From Tetramitus jugosus (Eukaryota; Protista; Heterolobosea), in NCBI GenBank assembly GCA_937625935.1, contig OW569387.1, positions 124,001 through 188,000 of the forward strand: DNA of 64,000 bases. The letters run 5' to 3'. The position numbers and the translations under genes are program-made. The first letter of the stretch is position 1; every line of letters begins with the position of its first letter. Shown here in pieces: positions 32,193 to 43,066 of the stretch. Under the pieces are notes generated by a model that made no database searches, had not been told where the DNA came from, and saw nothing but the letters and a program-made list of their open reading frames with translations.

Positions 32193-35100
32193 ATGTCAAG
32201 TCAAACTAGTTTGTTGTTCCTGTCTCGTCCCTTGTTGATCATCTTGTTGTTATTGCTTCTGTTGCATGTCGTAACAATCCATGCACAACCAAAAAGAAGA
32301 AATAGAATTGCGTCCTCTGTGGTTTACTCGTGGGAAGCAACGAGACTAATTGATTCACCTGTGGAGGCTAAGCCCACCGATTGGGTCAGTTCATTTTTCC
32401 ACAAGGTCAATTTAACGTTAATTTCTGCGGGAAGAGCTCACTCGGTAGCAGTTGGCCAGCAAGATGGCGAAACGACAATCTATGCATGGGGCAACAATGA
32501 TTCTAACCAATTGGGGGATGAAACATCGATTAGTCGATCTCTGCCGGCCAATGTCAACTCCTTTGGATACCTTCCTGTTGTTCGGTTGAGTTGTGGTCAT
32601 AATCATAATTTAATCTTGAGAAAAGATGGGAAGTTGTATGCTTGGGGCTTGAATAACTATGGTCAGTTGGGCGATAGGACTTTGGTTAGTCGAAATTGGC
32701 CTGTGCCTGTATTTATGGATGGTGCGTTGAGTGGTGCTGTGATTACTCAGATTTCAGCAGGTGCCTCCCACTCACTCGCATTGGCTAACAATGGTAGCAT
32801 CTTTGCATGGGGCAATAATTTTTCTGGTCAACTTGGAATAGGTACCACAAAGGACTCATCCGTACCGGTTGCTGTGGATATGAGTGCCTTGAGTGGAAAG
32901 GTGGTCATTCAAATTGCTGCAAGTACGCATCATTCAGTTGCTTTAACGAGTGATGGCACAGTGTATTATTGGGGAGATAAAGATATCGTTGGGGGTAGTG
33001 GAAGCAAAGAGGGTCCCCTGATTCCTGTTGCTGTCAATATGAGTGGTGTTGGACAGGGTAAAATGATTACTCATATCGCTGTTGGATATTTTCACACAGT
33101 GATGCTAACGAATGACTCACAGATTTATAGCTGGGGTTCGAATACATTCGGTCAACTGGGAAGTCGTTCATTCAAGGATAGCCTCGAACCGATGGCAGTT
33201 GAAATGAATGGTGAGTTATCTGGAAAAATTGTAGTCCAAATTGCCGCCGGAGGATATCATACTCTGGCTTTGACGAGTGATGGCCGCTTGTATGGTTGGG
33301 GTAAAACCAAAAACGGCCAACTTGGTGATCAGACTTACAAGAATCACTACGTTCCTACTTTTCTAGATATTAACGACGAATTGGATGATTCAATTACACA
33401 AATTGTGGCGGGAGAAGATCATACCATGATACTGACAAGTAAAGCAAAGGGCTATTCAATGGGTAAGAATGAAGATGGACAGCTAGGAGATGGTACAACA
33501 GTAGATCAATACAAACCAATTGCAATTGGTATGAACGGCGTATTGAATGGTAAAATCATTAAAAATATCGTAGCAAGACGAACAGGAGCACAGGCGGAAC
33601 AATATGTTGCTTTGACGCAAGATGGAGGTATTTACTCTTGGGGATCGAATAACGCAGGTGAAGTGGGAGATGGAACGAGGACCTCGAAAAGATTTCCAGT
33701 GATGGTTGATACGAGTGGTATTTTGAATCAAAGGATTATTACACAAGTCGCTTTAGGGGTTTCTTTTATTGTTGCTAGATCTGAGGATGGAATGTTATAT
33801 GCATGGGGAGCTAACCTTCATGGCCAACTCGGAGATAGTTCAAACCAAGAAAGACTTCTTCCCGTGGCAGTTTTCACGGGTGGCGTGTTGAGCGGCAAGA
33901 CAATGACAGCAGTTTCTGCAGAGAATAGTCATGTTGTTGCTCTTGCAAATGATGGTATGATGTATGCTTGGGGGCTCAATGCCGGAGGTGCACTGGGAGA
34001 TGGTTCATCGATTAACAGAAGAAATCCAGTTTCAGTGTACATGAAAGGGGATTTGAGAGGAAAGAGAGTAGTACAAGTTGCAGCAGGCGCTTCCTATTCA
34101 GTGGCATTGGCGAGCGATGGCACACTATACAATTGGGGTTTTAACACGTGTGGCATGCGTGGAGATGACTCACTAATATACGTCTCAGTTCCAACAACTG
34201 TTGAATTGGACAGCAGACTGAAAAACAAAAATATTACACATATCACAGCAAGAGATTATCACACAACGATCTTAACGGAAGATGGTCATATTTATTCTTG
34301 GGGTTTGACAGATTTTGGTGCTCCAGTGTCATTTAACAATTTACCTGTCCAAGTGAGTATGAATGGGTTGTTGAATGGAAAAACTGTTTCTCAATTTGCA
34401 GTGAATGATCATGATATGCTTGCTTTGACCAGCGATGGAAGGCTAGGTTATTGGAATTTTATAAGCAACTATTCCACTTGGGTTAGTTTGGACAAGTTTG
34501 ATTCCGAACAAACTGTGACTAGTTTATTCATTGGTTTGGATACGATGGGATTTCTTGGAGTAACATGTGAGCCAGGGTACTTTGGTAAAGATTGTGACCT
34601 TTTCAACTGCTATGATATCGAACCCAAGGATAAAACAAGAGTGTGCTCTGGAAATGGAGCATGTGTTGATTTAGATACGTGTAAATGTAATGAAGGATAC
34701 ACTGGAATGAATTGTTCCTATCCTATTTGCCATGGATACTCAAACCTAGACACAAAAGTTTGTTCATCACACGGAACCTGTCGAGGTCCTAACAAGTGTG
34801 TATGTGAACATGGATATCATGGTGATACATGCGCTTCTAACTTGCAACTCCTATGGACATTAATGATTTTAGGAGCGCTTTTGTGTGTGTCTCTTGTTGT
34901 TTCCATTATTGTAGTTGGAATATTGATCAGAAGAAGAAGAAGGGATGACAGAATGAAATCAGAATTGCGTGCATGTTTATTGGAAGAAATGAGTGATTAT
35001 GAAAATACTTCTTTTGAAAGAGGAGATTTTTACATCGATATGAGAGATATCAAATTGATCAGTCGTATCTCGGAAGGCGCATTCGGCGTTGTATTCAAAG

Positions 35101-35906
35101 GAGAGTGGAAAAGTAATGCCGTGGCAGTGAAAAAGATGAAAGTATCGGACGATGAATCGTTTGTCAGAGAGGTTTCAATTCTCCAGAGTCTACGTCATCC
35201 TAATATTCTCTACTTGTACGGATATTCTTCCAACGACAGTGGAGACAAGTTTTTGATTACGGAATTTGCTGTGAATGGAAGTTTGGACAAAATTCTTCAT
35301 TCAAACAATGTTACTCTCAAACCTTTTGATCAAAAAATGAATATATTGTGTCAGATCGCAGATACAATGGCTTACTTGCACGGAAGAAGCCCTCGAATTG
35401 TTCACAGAGACTTGAAACCTCAGAATATTTTGTTGGGTGACAATTATCATGTCAGAATATGTGACTTTGGTTTGAGTAAGATCACTGATACTTCTTTTAC
35501 AATGGGAAAATCCTATGGAACAATGGAGTACTGTGCTCCAGAACTTTTGACACATCAAGAACATGATGAAAAGTGTGACGTCTACAGTTTTGGAATTATC
35601 ATGCATGAAATATTTATATTGGATGCCCCCTATTCTCAGCATTCATATTCATCAATATTTACACTAGGATTGGATATTGTGAGAGGATTGAGACCGTCCA
35701 TACCATCAAATGCCCCTCAAGCACTGTTGGACTTCTTCTCAAAGAGTAACACAACGAACATACCTTCGTCTGAAGTCCCTGCCGTAGTGCAAGATTTTTA
35801 CTCTCTTGCCACAAGGTGTTGGGATGCAGATACAACCAAACGACCATCATTTGAAGAAATAACAACAGAATTAGACAATATAAAGAAGAGGAGTGAAAAG
35901 TTGTGA
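32193..35906 (+). CDS. Receptor kinase: signal peptide, RCC1/BLIP-II repeats, EGF-like repeats, TM, TKL kinase
   Basis: About 13 xWGxNxxGQLG repeats, CSGNG.C...C.C..GY.G..C EGF units, a TM helix followed by RRRRRD, and VAVK, HRDLKPQN, DFG, APE. Confidence 0.95.
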   Translation: MSSQTSLLFLSRPLLIILLLLLLLHVVTIHAQPKRRNRIASSVVYSWEATRLIDSPVEAKPTDWVSSFFHKVNLTLISAGRAHSVAVGQQDGETTIYAWGNNDSNQLGDETSISRSLPANVNSFGYLPVVRLSCGHNHNLILRKDGKLYAWGLNNYGQLGDRTLVSRNWPVPVFMDGALSGAVITQISAGASHSLALANNGSIFAWGNNFSGQLGIGTTKDSSVPVAVDMSALSGKVVIQIAASTHHSVALTSDGTVYYWGDKDIVGGSGSKEGPLIPVAVNMSGVGQGKMITHIAVGYFHTVMLTNDSQIYSWGSNTFGQLGSRSFKDSLEPMAVEMNGELSGKIVVQIAAGGYHTLALTSDGRLYGWGKTKNGQLGDQTYKNHYVPTFLDINDELDDSITQIVAGEDHTMILTSKAKGYSMGKNEDGQLGDGTTVDQYKPIAIGMNGVLNGKIIKNIVARRTGAQAEQYVALTQDGGIYSWGSNNAGEVGDGTRTSKRFPVMVDTSGILNQRIITQVALGVSFIVARSEDGMLYAWGANLHGQLGDSSNQERLLPVAVFTGGVLSGKTMTAVSAENSHVVALANDGMMYAWGLNAGGALGDGSSINRRNPVSVYMKGDLRGKRVVQVAAGASYSVALASDGTLYNWGFNTCGMRGDDSLIYVSVPTTVELDSRLKNKNITHITARDYHTTILTEDGHIYSWGLTDFGAPVSFNNLPVQVSMNGLLNGKTVSQFAVNDHDMLALTSDGRLGYWNFISNYSTWVSLDKFDSEQTVTSLFIGLDTMGFLGVTCEPGYFGKDCDLFNCYDIEPKDKTRVCSGNGACVDLDTCKCNEGYTGMNCSYPICHGYSNLDTKVCSSHGTCRGPNKCVCEHGYHGDTCASNLQLLWTLMILGALLCVSLVVSIIVVGILIRRRRRDDRMKSELRACLLEEMSDYENTSFERGDFYIDMRDIKLISRISEGAFGVVFKGEWKSNAVAVKKMKVSDDESFVREVSILQSLRHPNILYLYGYSSNDSGDKFLITEFAVNGSLDKILHSNNVTLKPFDQKMNILCQIADTMAYLHGRSPRIVHRDLKPQNILLGDNYHVRICDFGLSKITDTSFTMGKSYGTMEYCAPELLTHQEHDEKCDVYSFGIIMHEIFILDAPYSQHSYSSIFTLGLDIVRGLRPSIPSNAPQALLDFFSKSNTTNIPSSEVPAVVQDFYSLATRCWDADTTKRPSFEEITTELDNIKKRSEKL

Positions 35907-35938
35907 ACACCTATGGCTCACTTTACTTGAAATCAAGT

Positions 35939-36544
35939 TTAGCATAAAATGGACGCAATATCACATGAACATGCTTGTGGTTTGACATCAATGAGATACG
36001 ATAAAGGAGCTTGTAGATTCTTCAGCTTACCGAACTGTACGCTGGCTGAACCGTCCACCTTCACTTTCATCTCATTGTTGCAGTAGGCACTCAGAGCACT
36101 AAAAGCGTTCAAAGATACAGACATGGACCCCTTAAAGTCAACGCACATTTCTTCTGTACCCCCACGACCAGCAACAGTCAATGGCAACGTTCGATCACCG
36201 CACATATTCTTGTGGCTAGCGGTTCCAAGAGGGTTGTTGTCCCATGAAATATCACCCTTAAACCCCTTAATTTTAATTGTTTTCTTCAGGGTATTCTTGA
36301 TAGACACCCAAACAGTGGCTTCTACTTGATACTTCACACTCAACCCGTCAAGAGTAAATGAACATTTGGAACATTTCATACGAGCTACTTTCAATTCGGG
36401 GTAGAAAGGTAATTTGGTGGTGAAAGCACCTTCACCACCCAGTACAGAAAGCAGAATCACTACCAGTACAATGATCGAGGCCACAACCACACCCACTACA
36501 ATCCCAATTACCTTGACGTGTTTCGACGAGAAATCTATTTTCAT
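35939..36544 (-). CDS. Type II membrane protein with LEA_2/WHy-like domain
   Basis: N-terminal TM helix followed by VSIKN...IKIKG..GDISW....LG and VKVDGSASV. Confidence 0.65.
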   Translation of the reverse strand: MKIDFSSKHVKVIGIVVGVVVASIIVLVVILLSVLGGEGAFTTKLPFYPELKVARMKCSKCSFTLDGLSVKYQVEATVWVSIKNTLKKTIKIKGFKGDISWDNNPLGTASHKNMCGDRTLPLTVAGRGGTEEMCVDFKGSMSVSLNAFSALSAYCNNEMKVKVDGSASVQFGKLKNLQAPLSYLIDVKPQACSCDIASILC

Positions 36545-36781
36545 TTGGCTTTCTTTTTTGTTTCCAAGGAGAACTTGTTCTGAGCGAATTGTCTACCCGT
36601 GTTTTGCTGTGCGTGGTTCATTCGAGGGTTGGCATTTCAATGAATTTACTGTTCCGAAATCCCTTCAAAGATCCCTATTCACCGTTGACAGGCGACAACT
36701 CATCCAATTAAGGTGATGTTATTTTTCACGAGGAACTCTCGTTTTTTCTGGAACTTAAAAAGAAAGTCAAAACGTTCAAAG

Positions 36782-38848
36782 ATGAATCAAGTTCCAGGCG
36801 AGTTGATTGGCCACATTCTTCATTTTCTCGCTGTGCCTGCACCTTTCTTTCTAACAAACTATAGTCTCGTAGCCAAGGCGTGGCATCTAGCCATTTATCA
36901 ATTTTTTATTGTTTCCCAAGCTGCCAATGGCGATGATGGAATAATCGTCAAGCTAGAGGAGGAACAAAGTGTTCTCAATCATCGAGGTGATGTTGGGCTC
37001 AATATGAGAAGAAGCGCTCTCCTGTCCATGCCATACTTTTACTTGGAAATTAACCAGATGAATTTCCCGGCCCACAACAACAGGAAAAGGGTGCAGCAAG
37101 TGTTGAATCAAATGACACGTCTCCGTTTTGAAAAGATTATTTGGTGCGTTGGTCATTTTCATAGCTCGATACCCTCTCTCAAGACCATATCGACCATATT
37201 GCACAAGGCGTTCACTGAATTGGGTGCAAAGGAATTGGTGGTGTTAGGTACGTACGGATCAGAAATAGTCTATCACTTGTTGGATTTACTGACTCCGGGG
37301 AAACATACCTTGCAGCGTGTTGTCTATGTTGGCACTCGTTTGAAGGAATCTTGGGTCAGTTCCCGACAGTTCTTTCAGGAGCAAGACACGAGTCGGGAGG
37401 TGGGGCACCTGATACAGAAGCATATACCCACAATTAAATTTGAGAGGTTATGGTCAGAGGGGGATAATGAACTGGTCAAAGATATTGGTTCGTGTGCCCT
37501 TGAGACATTTCGTAGCCTTTCGATAGGCAATCCTATAGTGCAGTTTCCCGAGTTGAACAACCGTATCAAATCAGATATTGATTTGATCAAGTCAATCGTG
37601 CCAATGTATCGGACTGTCTTCAAGTGCTTATATTTGCAGGAAAGGCCCAAAAGTTTGTTAGAATTGTTGTTCACCTATCCATACAGCGACAGTATTCGTG
37701 ATTGCATCAAGTATTGTCTCCAAGAGTGCTTGCAGGAAGATTGTAACACAGAAGATTATTTTACTGTGTTCAATGAAACAACACAAGCCTCATCGTGGAA
37801 CTTTCCTCTATTGGAAATTGTTGCTTCGTCCCTAGATCCATACAAACTGTTAGAATCAGTCACTCATATGAGCCATACGTATCACTTTGCGTTCTTGTCA
37901 ATGCTGGATTCATGTAACTCCTCAATTGCAACACTTGGCTCCATCAGAGATAAAATGACGGGAGATAGCGTTGTCCATTTAGCTGTTCAGAGGAATTCCG
38001 AGGAGTACATCAAGTACTTGATGCGCAATCCATCTGTTCCGTCATTCGATATTTTGAATAATCGGAAGGAAAGTGCATTATTTGATGCTGCACGACATGG
38101 AAGGTATCAATTTGTTCCAAAGCTGATTAAAAAGAATTGTGATCCATTTGCGAAGAATATTGATGATGAATGCTTTCTAGACGAGGCAATGAACAACAAT
38201 CAAATTATATTTTGTCGACTGGTGATCAAAGATATGATTGAAAAAGCGAATTGGAGATCCAAACTTATTAATTTAGTGAGTCAGCAATGGTGGTGTGATT
38301 TTATAGAAAGAACTCTTGTTGAGTTTATATCTAATCATTCTACAGTCGATCAAGTTGCCTTACGTGTAATTCCGCTCCTTACAAAGTTTTGGAAGGGAAA
38401 TAGAACAAACTGGTTGCGAACCTATGGGAGTTCGACTATCATTCACTTGGCTTGTGCTCGAGGATTATCCGAAGTTTTATCTGAATTCCTCGATTCTCCA
38501 TTGTTTGTTCCTGATGAAGAGACTAGAGTCAAGATTTTGTTTGTAGACCGCGACTCGAGTGGATCTTCTGCTTTCCATCTTGCTTGCCAGTCACACACCC
38601 TCTCGTGTGACAAGGTGAAGGCAGGTTTGGTTGGAATGATTGTCCAATCGTACGCTCCTTCAACAACAGTACTGAACACACCCAATGCCCAAGGTAAAAC
38701 TCCTCTTGAACTTGCCAGAGGTCAAGGTATGACTTCTGTTGCAAAGGTGCTCTCGTCTCATTTGAACAAGAAACGCTCTAGAGACGCTGAGCAGGAGTCA
38801 GGAGGCTCAAAGAGACAAAAGGAACAAAGTCACGCTCTTTTTCCTTGA
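36782..38848 (+). CDS. F-box-like + ankyrin-repeat protein
   Basis: MNQVPGELIGHILHFL; ankyrin repeats GDSVVHLA, ESALFDAA, SSAFHLAC and GKTPLELA. Confidence 0.8.
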   Translation: MNQVPGELIGHILHFLAVPAPFFLTNYSLVAKAWHLAIYQFFIVSQAANGDDGIIVKLEEEQSVLNHRGDVGLNMRRSALLSMPYFYLEINQMNFPAHNNRKRVQQVLNQMTRLRFEKIIWCVGHFHSSIPSLKTISTILHKAFTELGAKELVVLGTYGSEIVYHLLDLLTPGKHTLQRVVYVGTRLKESWVSSRQFFQEQDTSREVGHLIQKHIPTIKFERLWSEGDNELVKDIGSCALETFRSLSIGNPIVQFPELNNRIKSDIDLIKSIVPMYRTVFKCLYLQERPKSLLELLFTYPYSDSIRDCIKYCLQECLQEDCNTEDYFTVFNETTQASSWNFPLLEIVASSLDPYKLLESVTHMSHTYHFAFLSMLDSCNSSIATLGSIRDKMTGDSVVHLAVQRNSEEYIKYLMRNPSVPSFDILNNRKESALFDAARHGRYQFVPKLIKKNCDPFAKNIDDECFLDEAMNNNQIIFCRLVIKDMIEKANWRSKLINLVSQQWWCDFIERTLVEFISNHSTVDQVALRVIPLLTKFWKGNRTNWLRTYGSSTIIHLACARGLSEVLSEFLDSPLFVPDEETRVKILFVDRDSSGSSAFHLACQSHTLSCDKVKAGLVGMIVQSYAPSTTVLNTPNAQGKTPLELARGQGMTSVAKVLSSHLNKKRSRDAEQESGGSKRQKEQSHALFP

Positions 38849-39008
38849 AACCAGTTGAGCGTGCTTCGAACAGAACTGGCCCTATGGAACTGTTGGACAG
38901 GACATGCAGCGACCAAACATCAAAAACGAAAGCACAAATCTTCAAAAAGATGCTGAGTAGATCATCCTTGCGTATCAATCAACATGTTCTGAAAACGAGT
39001 CAGTCAAC

Positions 39009-40241
39009 ATGCTATTTTTTGCCGTCCTTCATTGTTTTCCTGTGGTAGTAGAGGAGAGCCCACTTTTCACTCTGCCATTGGTAAATCGAATAATTGCCAT
39101 TGTCGGTGGTGGAATTTCAGGTTCAGGTATTGCTTATTATACGACCGAACTGTTGCAAATGTGCTTCAGCAACGAGTCAATGTGACAATTTATGATCGAA
39201 ATAAGATTGCTGGTGGCCGATTGAAGCACAAGGAAATTGGAGGAGTTCTGTGTGAGATTGGTGGTTCTCACATCATTAAAGACAATTATTATGCGATGCG
39301 TTTGTTGGATTCACTGGGTTTGCATCTAGGACCAACGAAACCACAGTCCTCTATTGTGTGGGATGACAACAGTCCGAAAAGTTTTTTGTTCTGCGAGAGT
39401 TTGTAGATAATGATGAAACGAAGCGAATGACAAAGGAAGATTTGAAGAATGTGATTGTGTGGTACCTCAATTTGTAGATGCCACGAGATTGTATCCGGAA
39501 ACACATGCAACTTTTTATGAATATTTTTGTTCTGGCACTCTCCCATTGCTCGGTATTCAAGAACGGTTCTTGAAAGAAATTGTCTAACCGATAATACGGG
39601 TGAACTACGCGCAGAATAGGACCGATATAACAGCATTTGCTGGTGTGTGTGTGTGTTGCAATTGCGGGTGTTTTCAGTGGTTTTAGACCAATTAACGAAG
39701 GTACTTCTTCGATTGTTTCTGCCATGCTCAACGAGGTGAAACCAAACTTGAAGCTGCAATCCACTGTGAACGAAATTGCTCAAATTGACGGTTCAGATCG
39801 ATTCAAGGTCAAATCAACAAGAAGAAATATGGCGAACCGAGAAGCAGTCAATCATGAAGAAGAATCAGAATACGAATTTGTCATTCTTGCCACTCCTTTG
39901 GAACATAGTAAACAAGCAATACGATTCAAGGGAATCGCGCTTCCAGGGACTTCAAGAAACCTTACCGAACTTCGCACTCTACTTTTGTCGTTGGTAACCT
40001 CAATTTGGACTACTTCAAGGTCAAGGATGAGAACACCCATTGAACAACCAAAGTGTTACAATCAGATTGCAGAGTAACTGATACCAATATGCCAATCTTT
40101 AAGGTCTTCTCCACTGAAGCCCTCACTCCAGAACTCATGGGCAACTTGTTCCAAAACATCAAACACGGTGAGCATGTGTGGGTCGATGGTGCATATCCAA
40201 TGTTAAAGGTTTATGAGGATCACCCTTCCTTTTCCATTTGA
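39009..40241 (+). pseudogene. Prenylcysteine oxidase-like FAD oxidoreductase pseudogene
   Basis: IAIVGGGISG, GGRL...EIGGSHI..DN, VILATPL, FKVFS and AYPML are spread over several frames with stops; the C-terminus is missing. Confidence 0.8.
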
Positions 40242-40323
40242 GAAATAATGTTCTTTCCAATCATGAAAGCAATGTTCTTTGAGTTGATCCAATTTTTTAC
40301 AACCGCTGTTCTTACCCTTTGTA

Positions 40324-41480
40324 TTTTTTTAAGTACAACCATTTCGGTTGCTCTTTTTATTGTCTTGCTTTTTCACATGCATACGTTCGAAGAGCGCAAG
40401 CCCTGGTTAGTTGCCAGTTGGTAGGCAATGACGCCCGAAGAGAGTAATTGCTGTTGAATACTTTATCCTTCGTTGTAGTGACCAGGTGGTGGAGAGTCTT
40501 AAGATATCTCCTCTTTACACTGTTCACGTACGGTTTGGCTTTCTTTTGTGCCACTGACTTCTTCATTCCTCCATATGTAAGACCCTCAGAGCCCTTCATG
40601 ATGGCATCCGTTTCTATACCCATCATTCCTTGCAGCAATTCACGGCCGGACTTTTTGGACAGTTCCTCATGGCCGAAATCATTATCAATAGCAAGTCATA
40701 TGATCTTGGTCCCATTCTGCACTTCGGGAATACACACTTTAATTCTTTCAGACAAAGAGGTTGATCATCAACCATCAATTGTTCGCGACTCGTGATGCCT
40801 GCCTTGAAAAGCTTTTTGAGCCGGCTGGTGGGTACATACCTGGCTAAACAGCACTCATCACGCTGTCGCTGTTGGGAGTTGACTACAACCCTGATATCGT
40901 GCTCGTGCAACCTGCTGGCGCACCACTTGTGATACGATCCTTTGACTACCTCAAGCCTGTTCCTTGACTGATATGATATACATTCTCATATTGGAATGTT
41001 TGATTGTTCTTGATGTCCTCAAGCGTATCAAGGAACAGCTTTCTGGCTTCCGTGTCTCTTTTACCATTAATCATGGTGCACACAAACCATGCGGTTTGTG
41101 TGGTTATCGTTTCTTCTGTATCCTTTAATCCGACCAATCCCATTTCACTTTCGACCGATAGGAGTTCACTTGGGAAAGTCTTCATCGCCTTGGAGCCATA
41201 CTTCACCAGTGACCTACCCAGCAAGTTAACCTTGTTGAGCTACCCACGTGGCCAGTCAGTGAACTCCGAGGCGTATGTAAAGATCGGATGGATGCATGTA
41301 TTGATCACCCTACTTACCTGTCTAGCTGTGAGTCTCATCAACTACCACTCTTCGTTACTCAATTGGCTATGAGTTTGCACCCCGACAAATGGAACCACGC
41401 CAGCAAGTATCTCAAGTCATCAAGCCCGGTGTGGGGTTATGGTGATCTCATAATTTATTATGTGTTGGAGGACAGTTGGG
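40324..41480 (-). mobile_element. Degraded non-LTR retrotransposon 3' fragment
   Basis: Fragmented minus-strand ORF with post-RT-like motifs (LRYLLAWF, YASEF, GLVGL), ending RQ* plus a short UTR and A-tract; 3' end homologous to 45063-45277. The 5' boundary is approximate. Confidence 0.7.
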
Positions 41481-41525
41481 CCGCCTTAATTTAAGTTCTC
41501 GTTTTACATATTTACAACTTTGTAT

Positions 41526-42410
41526 TTACAACTTCAATAATTCCGTGAGAGTCTTGGTAATGTCTCCATGATTCTTTCGCAATAAATGCTTGTTGGAGTC
41601 TTCATTCGCAAAACCCATAGCGATCAATGAGGCCAATTGAATTGGATACTCAAATTCTTGTTCTTTGGTATCCTCAGAGCTTAACTCGCTCTCTTGTTTT
41701 TCTTCTTGCTCAGGCACGTCTTCAATAATCGGAGCTTCTTCGTCCAATTGTTCATCTTCGTTTGGTTCAACTTCTTGAGATGATTCTTTCTTCTCTTCGA
41801 CAGGAGCTTTCTCTTCAGTATTGAACTTTTCAGTCTCTAGCTTGTTGGAGGAACCTTCCTGATTCATATCTTGAGGTTCCACAAAGAATTTTCCAAGGAC
41901 AGAATTGATTAAGTTGTCCAGGTCAAATGATTCCTTTTTCTCTTGTGTTTGCTTTCTTTGTACAATGAAGGGGTAAGTTCTCGATAGAAGTCGTTGGCCA
42001 TAGCCCTCTGGTCTTGGCTGAATTCGTTGTTGAGGATCAAAGAGGTTTTTGATAGGGAAAGGTTGTGGAGTAGCACGATGTGGTTCTCTGACTTGCTTTG
42101 GTCTTTGAATAAGGTTGCACTTGACTCTAAAGATTGCTCTAGGATCAGTACTTGCGAGTAAAGCACCCACCTTCAGAGCAACCTTCCATTCTTCTTCTGT
42201 AGTGACTGTGATCCACTCCCTTTCGTCATCCAAGTATTGAATGACATAGTCGAAGTTGATGGCTGAAGATGCTTCAACGAGTGGAGAGATCTCATGGGCT
42301 TGTTTCAATTTGGTTTGGATAGATTTGAGTGTGTCGACATTAGGGTTCAGTTCTAACCTTCGAACTTCATTTCCAGGGCGGATGTAGATCTTGGTACTTA
42401 AGGTGGGCAT
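41526..42410 (-). CDS. PB1-UBA protein (p62/NBR1-like)
   Basis: PB1 basic K and RR plus OPCA motif YLDDEREWITVTTEEEW; C-terminal UBA LASLIAMGF...NKHLLRKNHGDI..TL.EL. Confidence 0.85.
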   Translation of the reverse strand: MPTLSTKIYIRPGNEVRRLELNPNVDTLKSIQTKLKQAHEISPLVEASSAINFDYVIQYLDDEREWITVTTEEEWKVALKVGALLASTDPRAIFRVKCNLIQRPKQVREPHRATPQPFPIKNLFDPQQRIQPRPEGYGQRLLSRTYPFIVQRKQTQEKKESFDLDNLINSVLGKFFVEPQDMNQEGSSNKLETEKFNTEEKAPVEEKKESSQEVEPNEDEQLDEEAPIIEDVPEQEEKQESELSSEDTKEQEFEYPIQLASLIAMGFANEDSNKHLLRKNHGDITKTLTELLKL

Positions 42411-42497
42411 TGGTGCTTGGCAATTAGATAATGAGTACAGGTACTATTTAGTGGAGTGTGTTTTTGTTGGAATAAAACTCAAAGAACATGGGCACCG

Positions 42498-42504
42498 TTT
42501 TATA
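42498..42504 (-). promoter_or_regulatory. TATA box for the PB1-UBA gene
   Basis: GTATAAAACGG on the minus strand, ~88 bp upstream of the ATG. Confidence 0.5.
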
Positions 42505-42931
42505 CCAGACCTCCTTCCGCAATCGGAATTGTAGTTAGTTCATGTTCCTGTGATTTCCGGTTTTTTTTCCGATCAAATTACCGCGAGGAGAAAATTCACC
42601 GCGACTGAAGTTCAATGGTAGATGCAAGTTTCGCACAATCGTTAATGTGCATCACAAAGAAGCTGGCATTCTTCGAGTATTGTTTGGTTAGTTTTAAGTG
42701 GTGGGACTGGTTTGTTGGATAGAGACATGAATCTCTCCTTCATTCTAAGTCTCTTCTGATCCAGCATGCTCAAGGGCTCTCCGTAGAGAAAGATCCAGTG
42801 TGGAAGTTCCGTTCAGGACTGTACAACAGACATGTATTCTCGACCCTGGGACAAAATGCGCACAAAGGTTGAGTTGAAGATTACAATGGTGAAGTGGAAC
42901 AAAACCATTGCGCACAATCCGAAGGGCTAGC

Positions 42932-42938
42932 TATAAAA
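42932..42938 (+). promoter_or_regulatory. TATA box for the NmrA-like gene
   Basis: CTATAAAAACCGCGG, ~130 bp upstream of the ATG at 43067. Confidence 0.5.
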
Positions 42939-43066
42939 ACCGCGGATGCCCAACGAAGCAAGATTACTTTTAACAACAAAACACAGATAACTATCTAACT
43001 TTATACACCTTCACTTTTGAGGTACACAATACTGTAATTGATAAACTAAAACCAAACTGAGAAACC

